43,395 nucleotides of DNA from Patescibacteria group bacterium (GTDB lineage Bacteria; Patescibacteriota; Gracilibacteria; JAHISY01): NCBI GenBank assembly GCA_043799575.1, contig JAZDNQ010000025.1, positions 1 to 43,395 of the forward strand, written 5' to 3'. Below the pieces are notes generated by a model. That model did no database searches. It worked only from the letters and a program-made list of their open reading frames with translations, and had not been told where the DNA came from. Below are positions 37,387 to 43,395 of this stretch, piece by piece. A program made the translations under genes and the position numbers. Every line of letters begins with the position of its first letter. The first letter of the stretch is position 1.

Positions 37387-38838
37387 TTAGCGGCGCGGCT
37401 TCTTTTTGTGCTGGACGGTTCTCCAGAAAATATAGAGGAAAATCAGCAAAAGCAAAATCATCAGCCATAAAAGGATTTGCTCAAGCAGGGGCGAATTTTC
37501 GACCACGACGAGCGCCGATTTAACCCGGCTCTCGCCTGAGTTGTCAGTCACTTTCAGTTTGACCAAATACTGCCCGACCTTTTGATAAATATGAGTCGCT
37601 TTAGCGGATTTGGAAGTCGGCGAGCCGTCGCCAAAATCCCATTCGAAAGCGGTCAGCTCACCGTCCTGGTCAGTCGAACGCGAACCGTCAAAAGTCGCCG
37701 TCTCACCCACGACGACGATTTGATTACCCTCGAAGAAGACAATCGGGCCTTGGTTGGCATCGTTCGGGTCGGCGTTATCCCCTAGACCGTCCTGGTCAGA
37801 ATCTTTGGATTCATTCGGGTCGCAGGGAAAAGCGTCTTTGGAATCCTCTACTCCATCATTATCATCGTCCTGATCTTGGTTGTTGCCGATCCCGTCCTTG
37901 TCGCAATCCAGCGTCTCGCCTGCGTCACAAGGTAAAGCGTCTTTCGCATCGAGGACACCGTCATTGTCATCGTCCGGGTCAGCGTTGTTGCCGATGCCGT
38001 CCTTGTCGCAATCGCCCGATTCGCTCGGATCATTGGGAAACTGATCGGAATTGTCACCCACTCCATCGCCATCCGAGTCGAAACACTCATTTTTGTCGAG
38101 CGGAAATTTGTCGAGCAGATCGCTGCATTTCTCGACTCCATCGCCGTCGGTGTCCGGATTCAGCGGATCCGTCCCGAGCTGCGCCTCGGCCGAATCGGGC
38201 AAACGATCATTGTCGTCGTCCGGGTCAGCGTTGTTGCCGATGCCGTCCTTGTCCGTGTCTTCCCATTCGGTCGGGTCAAGTGGAAAAACATCTTTGGCAT
38301 CGTTTACTCCATCACCATCGGTGTCGTATTTCTTCGGATTCGTGCCGCCAGAATTCTCAGCCTCATCATTCAAACCATCATTGTCATCATCAATATCGAC
38401 TGAATCGCCCACTCCGTCCCGATCGGAATCAGCATCGACAAAAAAAGTCTTCTCGACATAATCATTGGATGGATCGTCGCCGGCTGGCTCGGAAGGAAAA
38501 ATCTTAGCCGCAATCTTGTGCTGACCAACAATCGCAGTCCAATTCACGAAAACCTCATCTGGAATACTCCCTGATTTCACACTGACTGGCTGGTCAGTCG
38601 CGATTTGCGCGCCATCGACAAAAAACTTGACTGTCCCAATCAAATCTTGCGAGCCATTATTGTGGACGGTCGTGTAAATCTTGACGACCCGCCCAGCAAC
38701 CACGCCACTCACCGGCTGGATAACCAACTCACTAGCCACGAGCGAAAGGTCATTGTCAAAAGCAGCTGCCGCGAAAGCGAGCGAACTCGCAACTGCCGCA
38801 ACTGAGACTAAAAAACGTGAGAGTGCTTTCATCGCCAA
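37387..38838 (-). CDS. surface protein: signal peptide, CARDB-like domain, thrombospondin type-3 (Ca-binding) repeats, PKD domain, C-terminal TM anchor
   Basis: Multiple DxDxDGxxDxxD units (DSDRDGVGDSVDIDDDNDG, DKDGIGNNADPDDDND x2, DSDGDGVGDNSD...). PKD signature FDGSRSTDQDGELTAFEWDFGDG. C-terminal LLWLMILLLLIFLYIFW followed by a basic tail. Confidence 0.8.
   Translation of the reverse strand: MAMKALSRFLVSVAAVASSLAFAAAAFDNDLSLVASELVIQPVSGVVAGRVVKIYTTVHNNGSQDLIGTVKFFVDGAQIATDQPVSVKSGSIPDEVFVNWTAIVGQHKIAAKIFPSEPAGDDPSNDYVEKTFFVDADSDRDGVGDSVDIDDDNDGLNDEAENSGGTNPKKYDTDGDGVNDAKDVFPLDPTEWEDTDKDGIGNNADPDDDNDRLPDSAEAQLGTDPLNPDTDGDGVEKCSDLLDKFPLDKNECFDSDGDGVGDNSDQFPNDPSESGDCDKDGIGNNADPDDDNDGVLDAKDALPCDAGETLDCDKDGIGNNQDQDDDNDGVEDSKDAFPCDPNESKDSDQDGLGDNADPNDANQGPIVFFEGNQIVVVGETATFDGSRSTDQDGELTAFEWDFGDGSPTSKSAKATHIYQKVGQYLVKLKVTDNSGESRVKSALVVVENSPLLEQILLWLMILLLLIFLYIFWRTVQHKKKPRR
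37961..38007. repeat. intragenic 47-nt repeat, copy 1
   Basis: Matches 38207-38253 at 46/47 positions. The 246-nt offset keeps it in frame. Confidence 0.9.
38207..38253. repeat. intragenic 47-nt repeat, copy 2
   Basis: tcattgtcGtcgtccgggtcagcgttgttgccgatgccgtccttgtc, versus copy 1 with A at the 9th position. Confidence 0.9.
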
Positions 38839-38865
38839 GGTTTAAGTTGGCTGAATTTTAGCAAA

Positions 38866-40572
38866 TTAAAGCTGGCGGCCGGGATCGCAATTTTGGCCGC
38901 TTTCATCAATCCACTGAACGACAGTCACCTTTTGCTCGTCCAGTGAATTACCGTGTCGGTCGGCCACCCCAGCAAAACGTAATTCATACCACTCGCGGCA
39001 CTCGGGAGTCGCGCCCGAGATCGTGAGCCGAATATTTTGGGGAGCGACAAAAATAACTTTCTGAATCGCAACCGAATCGGTTCTTTGGTTGCGAAAATTG
39101 AGATCCCGCAAAGCAAAGGTCGCCTTGGCGACCGAATCCGGATCAAGCGGCTCATTGAACCTGAGATCGATCGTTCTCAAACCTGGACCGGTAAATTCCT
39201 GCCAAGCCAGTCGTGGCGGAGTCGTGTCCGGCAAAATCTTGAGACTCAAATCCTGGTCGGAGTTGAGATTAGTCTCGAAAATCGCCAGATTTTCGCGCGC
39301 ATCAAAATCCTGGGAAACCAGCAAAAATCCAGGCGGTAGCTTAACTGTGACGCGGAAATGATCGGCTGCCGAACCGGGTTGTTTAAAAAGCTTGAGTTTG
39401 TAAATTCCATTTTGGAGAACCGAAGCTGGCAATTGGTAAGTCAGACTGATCTCACGTGACTCACCCGGATTCATTTCTATGATTTTGCCGAAAACTGAAC
39501 GCGCCCCATCTTCGAAAGTCTGGTCGAGACGGCCAGAAATTTTTTGGGAGCCGAGCGGAACGAAAATCCGCCAAAGACTTTTGTAGTAGCCGGAAATCGG
39601 CTCAGCTGGGTCGCCACGGTGCGCGAGCGAAATCTTCAGATTGGCAGTCCCGACTAATTCCTTCTTCTCATTTTCGGTAAATTCGAGATCGTAGAAAACA
39701 TCTCGGACTAAATAGCGACTCGATTTCATCCCGCCGAAATTACCTTCGATGATCGCGAGCAAATCGGAATTTTGGGGAGCTGGCAGCACGTCGCCCCAGT
39801 TTTTTGCTGCGACAACTTTTTGGGCGTCAGCATCTTGAAAATAAAATAGTAAATGCTTGGTATGCAGACTATCTAGCAAGCTTGCGACCGCTTTTTGGGG
39901 GTGAAAAATCGATTTTTTGATTAAGTTTTTGGCGACCTCAGCTAAAAAATTTTTACGATTTTGAATCTGGTCGGGATCGTGCAAATCGATGTTTTGAATT
40001 TGATTTTCCAGTGCGGCGAAAAGTCCGGCTTCACCTCCGATCTCGGGAGAAAGTTCTTTGGCCAAATTTTGGAAAGCCGTGAAATCAATCGCGATCACGC
40101 CGTCGAAATCCGAGTCGGGATAACCCAATTTGTAAAGCCGCATCAATTCCTTGGCCGAGGTCGGAAAATCCGGATCGAGATTGCCATCACGGAAACCATG
40201 ACCGGGGTAGAAATCCCCAGCCAGTAAACTGGCGACGACTGGATCGGGCGGCTGGGAATTTTTCTGGATCAGTTTTTCGTCGTAAACGTTGCCGAATTCG
40301 AAAAATGGCAGGCCGAAACGAAATTTGAGAATCGCGAACGAGGTGATAAATCCCCCGGCTGGTCGGCGCTCGGCGTCATTTTGGAAAACGATCAGATAAT
40401 CGCGCGCACCTGGAAAACCAGTGATTTCGCGCAAACCGAGCGCGCGCAGCTCACCTAGAGCGATCTCGGCGAAGATCACGATCAAAAGGCAAAAGGCGGC
40501 CAAACCAATTCCAATCCACTTCCAAATTTTTCTTTTTTTATGAAAGCGCGCGAACAAATCAGAAAGCTGCAT
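38866..40572 (-). CDS. DUF4012-like membrane-anchored protein with Ig-like C-terminal domain
   Basis: N-terminal TM helix, then GARDYLIVFQNDAERRPAGGFITSFAILKF, which resembles the DUF4012 signature (...YLLLFQNNAELRPTGGFIGS..., from memory). 568 aa. Confidence 0.65.
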   Translation of the reverse strand: MQLSDLFARFHKKRKIWKWIGIGLAAFCLLIVIFAEIALGELRALGLREITGFPGARDYLIVFQNDAERRPAGGFITSFAILKFRFGLPFFEFGNVYDEKLIQKNSQPPDPVVASLLAGDFYPGHGFRDGNLDPDFPTSAKELMRLYKLGYPDSDFDGVIAIDFTAFQNLAKELSPEIGGEAGLFAALENQIQNIDLHDPDQIQNRKNFLAEVAKNLIKKSIFHPQKAVASLLDSLHTKHLLFYFQDADAQKVVAAKNWGDVLPAPQNSDLLAIIEGNFGGMKSSRYLVRDVFYDLEFTENEKKELVGTANLKISLAHRGDPAEPISGYYKSLWRIFVPLGSQKISGRLDQTFEDGARSVFGKIIEMNPGESREISLTYQLPASVLQNGIYKLKLFKQPGSAADHFRVTVKLPPGFLLVSQDFDARENLAIFETNLNSDQDLSLKILPDTTPPRLAWQEFTGPGLRTIDLRFNEPLDPDSVAKATFALRDLNFRNQRTDSVAIQKVIFVAPQNIRLTISGATPECREWYELRFAGVADRHGNSLDEQKVTVVQWIDESGQNCDPGRQL

Positions 40573-40621
40573 TTCCCGAAAATTCTAACACGCCGTAAAA
40601 TCGGAAAGCTTAATTTACCAA

Positions 40622-40996
40622 ATGCAAATCATCTCCACTCAAAATGCCCCCCAAGCGATCGGACCGTACTCTCAAGCGATCATTGCCGCTGGTTTGATTT
40701 TTACGAGCGGCCAAATCGCGCTCACTCCCGCTGGCGAATTTTTGAACGGAACGATTGAGGAACAAACGCGGCAAGCTTTGGAAAATTTGGGAGCAGTTTT
40801 GAAAGCTGCTAATTCCGATCTTTCCAAAGTGGTGAAAACAACTATTTTTCTAGCGAAAATAGAGGACTTCGCGAAAGTGAACGAAATTTACGCCGAGTTT
40901 TTTGGGGGAAACAAGCCGGCCAGGTCAACAATCGCGGTCGCGGCCTTGCCGAAAAATGCCAAAGTCGAAATCGAAGCGATCGCCCTAGCTGATTAA
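40622..40996 (+). CDS. ridA: RidA/YjgF-family reactive-intermediate (enamine/imine) deaminase
   Basis: APQAIGPYSQAI...IFTSGQIAL..., ...ARSTIAVAALPKNAKVEIEAIA. 124 aa. Confidence 0.9.
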   Translation: MQIISTQNAPQAIGPYSQAIIAAGLIFTSGQIALTPAGEFLNGTIEEQTRQALENLGAVLKAANSDLSKVVKTTIFLAKIEDFAKVNEIYAEFFGGNKPARSTIAVAALPKNAKVEIEAIALAD

Positions 40997-42192
40997 TTTT
41001 TCGCCAAAACAACAACTTCCCGTCCGACGATCTGGTTCGGCCGCGCATAAATCAGCTTCTCCGTGTTTTGCATTTTCCAGCCAAATTGGGCGATTTTGGG
41101 CAAAATAATTTGGGAGGCAAAAAACTTTGGCAGACCTTTCTCGAGATAAATCGGAAAGCAGATCGCGACGCGCGAGCAGTCGAGCCAGCCAAAAAAATGG
41201 AAATACAAATCAGCCAGCTCAGCGAAAATTTTGGTTCGTATCCTCTCGTCCGGCAAAATCCGGCGCGGCGGCCCAAGGTAGCCCTCAGTCGCGACGAAAT
41301 CGAATTTTTTGAAAGTCTTTTGTCTGGCGTCGTGCCGAAAAAGCTCGGCTGACAAACCAAACTCAGCCAAATTTTTTTGTGAGAAATCGAGCATGCGCGC
41401 ATCGAGATCGCTGCCGAGAATCGAGTGGCCCAGCAGTCCAGCCTCGACTAGCACACCACCGGAACCGCAAAACGGATCGTAGATTTTGGCTTTCTCGGAA
41501 TCACGTGCCGCAAGATTGACCAAAATCTGGGCCAACTTGGGCGGCAGCATGCCGACTCTTGCGTCGCGAAATTTTTTTTCGTAATCGCGAAATTTGTAAT
41601 TCTCGAAAGGCTGAACTGCGGTCAATTTCGCGAGCCACCAATTTTTGCCAGAATTCGCAATCAAAATTTCGAGGCCGTCTTTTTTGACAATCTCAAATTG
41701 GGATTGGGCCGAGCTGAGATTGGTGAAATTTTTATTAGCGAAACGAGCTGAAATCTTAGCCTTTTGTAGCGCTCGCTTCGCACCGACCAAAAATGTTTTC
41801 AGGGTCGGATCGTTCTCGGGAAAAAGCGAAATCGCGAAATTATGTTTGCCGGTTTTTTGGGCAAATTCCTTTTCGAGGAATTCGGCGACCGGAGCGATCG
41901 GGAAATCAAGCGAATGCGCGAAAACCTGCCCCGCCTTGATCACTCCCCCGACTTTTTTCAAATCAAGATTGAGCAAATTTTCGAAAATGGCAAAAGTTTT
42001 TTCACGCGCCGCGATTTTGGCATTAGGAAACTTGGCCCGAATTTCGGCAATTGAAATCGCCGGATTTCGCCCTAAAATTACAAGCGTTTGCGGAAGTCTG
42101 GAATTCATCTCGTGGAAATCGGAATCGCGCTCGCGATTGCTTTGGCTTTCGCGGCAGGCTGGCTGGCGGCTGATTTTTGGGCAGCGGCTCAT
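40993..42192 (-). CDS. SAM-dependent RNA (Trm11/UPF0020-like, probable guanine-N2) methyltransferase; start possibly Met29 at 42108
   Basis: Motif I IYDPFCGSGGVLVEAGLLG. It has an N-terminal non-catalytic domain. 399 aa in the track. Confidence 0.65.
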   Translation of the reverse strand: MSRCPKISRQPACRESQSNRERDSDFHEMNSRLPQTLVILGRNPAISIAEIRAKFPNAKIAAREKTFAIFENLLNLDLKKVGGVIKAGQVFAHSLDFPIAPVAEFLEKEFAQKTGKHNFAISLFPENDPTLKTFLVGAKRALQKAKISARFANKNFTNLSSAQSQFEIVKKDGLEILIANSGKNWWLAKLTAVQPFENYKFRDYEKKFRDARVGMLPPKLAQILVNLAARDSEKAKIYDPFCGSGGVLVEAGLLGHSILGSDLDARMLDFSQKNLAEFGLSAELFRHDARQKTFKKFDFVATEGYLGPPRRILPDERIRTKIFAELADLYFHFFGWLDCSRVAICFPIYLEKGLPKFFASQIILPKIAQFGWKMQNTEKLIYARPNQIVGREVVVLAKN

Positions 42193-42249
42193 CCGCCCAG
42201 TTTTAAAATTTTAAACGATTCAGGGAAATAAAACTGCTAAAATCTCCGC

Positions 42250-43293
42250 GTGCCAAATCTGAAAAAATATGCCGCGGCCGGAGTGAATATCGCCGAAGGC
42301 GATGCCGCTTCGAGTCTCGCCGGTCAATTCGCTGCGAAAACTTTTCCCGGACGGAAAGGAAAAATCGGCGCGGCTGTGAAATTGCCGGGCGGATTCGCCG
42401 GGATTTTGGATTTTGGGAAATACTATTTGGTGACGGGCGACGACGGCGTCGGGACAAAAATGGAAGTCGCCGAACGAATGCAGAAATTCGACACGCTCGG
42501 CGCGGATCTGCTCGCTATGGTCGCGGACGACGCGGTTTGTCTCGGTGCAGAAGTGATCTCGATCACAAATACTTTGGACACGCCGAAAATGAATCGGAAA
42601 ATTGTCGGCGAACTTTTGAAAGGTCTCGCGCAAGCTTGCCTCGCGGAAAAAATCATCATCGCGGGCGGCGAACTCGCGGAAGTTGGGAAAGCTGTGAACG
42701 GAATGGTTTGGAACGCGACCGCAATCGGGATCGTCGATAAAAAGAAAGTGATTCTCGGAGACAAAATCAAACCGGGCGACGCGATTATTTCGCTGCAAGA
42801 GAAGGGTTTACGCTCGAATGGTTTTTCGCTCGCGCGCAAAATTTTGCGCGATAATTTTGGTGAAAGTTGGCACACGGCGAAATTTGGTGCGAAAACTTGG
42901 GGCGAACTTTTGCTCACGCCGAGCCAGGTTTATCACGCCGGAATTTTGAGCTTGGTCGGACGCTTCGGAGAAAAAGCGCAAGTCGCAGTCCGCGGAATCG
43001 CGCACATCACCGGCGGCGGAATCCCGGGAAATTTGCCGCGAATTTTGAAAAATAAAAAACTCGGCGCGCGACTCAACAATCTTTGGCCGATGCCTGATTT
43101 TGTGAAAGAACTGATTCGGATCGGCAAAGTTGCGACTGAGGAAGCGCGCGAAGTTTGGAATCTCGGCAACGGGATGCTCGTCGTCGTCGCGCCGCAAGAT
43201 GTCACGAAAACTTTGAAAATTTTGGCGAAAAGTAAAATCGCAGCGCGCGTCGCCGGGAAAATCACCAACTCCGGAAAGATCGAAATCATTTGA
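42250..43293 (+). CDS. purM: phosphoribosylformylglycinamidine cyclo-ligase (AIR synthetase), GTG start
   Basis: YAAAGVNIAEGDA, TGDDGVGTK, ...GGELAE..., ...AHITGGGIPGNLPR. 347 aa. Confidence 0.92.
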   Translation: MPNLKKYAAAGVNIAEGDAASSLAGQFAAKTFPGRKGKIGAAVKLPGGFAGILDFGKYYLVTGDDGVGTKMEVAERMQKFDTLGADLLAMVADDAVCLGAEVISITNTLDTPKMNRKIVGELLKGLAQACLAEKIIIAGGELAEVGKAVNGMVWNATAIGIVDKKKVILGDKIKPGDAIISLQEKGLRSNGFSLARKILRDNFGESWHTAKFGAKTWGELLLTPSQVYHAGILSLVGRFGEKAQVAVRGIAHITGGGIPGNLPRILKNKKLGARLNNLWPMPDFVKELIRIGKVATEEAREVWNLGNGMLVVVAPQDVTKTLKILAKSKIAARVAGKITNSGKIEII

Positions 43294-43308
43294 TTTTAAT
43301 TTTTCGCA

Positions 43309-43395
43309 ATGCCTCCAAAAATTTGTGCCGCGTGCGGACTCGACTGTGCGCAGTGCGGCGCCTATTTGGCGCACAAAAATAATGATGACACGCTG
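43309..43395 (+). CDS. partial Cys-rich protein (N-terminus only, runs off the right edge), DUF3795-like
   Basis: MPPKICAACGLDCAQCGAYLAHKNNDDTL has a CxxCxxxCxxC pattern. 29 codons are visible. Confidence 0.35.
   Translation, partial: MPPKICAACGLDCAQCGAYLAHKNNDDTL

Noticed and set aside
37387-38838. Diversity-generating retroelement target (VR/TR pair) in the surface protein
   Set aside because: The repeat copies differ at one position only, not in an adenine-specific pattern. Both copies are coding repeat units, and no reverse transcriptase is in the window.

Overview
This is a 43.4-kb, gene-dense bacterial window. It uses the standard genetic code, because TGA ends conserved genes such as ilvN, miaA, rfbD and purM. 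I call about 46 CDS, 2 tRNAs (Ser-GCU, Ala-CGC), a few intrinsic terminators and several repeats. I found no rRNA, no CRISPR array, no reverse transcriptase and no recognisable defence or toxin-antitoxin module. Most genes are housekeeping: alr, dnaK, ilvN, ilvC, ilvB, rpsT, rnhA, ychF, rfbD, rplJ-rplL, miaA, murF, pilT, murG, an M16 peptidase, groES, groEL, ridA and purM. Almost none sits in its textbook operon. dnaK lacks grpE/dnaJ, rplJL lacks rplKA and rpoBC, murF and murG are separated by unrelated genes, and ilvB lies 22 kb from ilvN and ilvC. These genes are interleaved with AT-rich single-gene orphans at 3099-3605, 4842-5120, 7175-8104, 10852-11970 and 23937-24350. Several family resemblances point to an uncultured Patescibacteria/CPR-like organism: a DUF4012-like protein, a small T4SS-pilin-like protein, a DUF5654-like protein, an N-terminally short MurF and type IV pilus genes. 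That assignment is inference only. The best candidates for something new are: (1) a tightly packed minus-strand surface operon at 36918-40572 (DUF4012-like protein, CARDB/TSP3-repeat/PKD anchored protein, two-helix pilin-like protein); (2) a metal-binding cupin gene inserted between groES and groEL; (3) an exact 23-nt duplication of the tRNA-Ser 3' end next to a window-edge transposase-like ORF; (4) a family of 14-nt-arm GTAGRGA...TCYCTAC palindromes, two of which differ by a compensatory change; (5) a 268-bp hairpin-dense intergenic region with a repeated 15-mer; (6) a four-gene minor-pilin operon with pilT encoded elsewhere. All protein calls rest on motif recognition by eye and memory of families. 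No searches were run.
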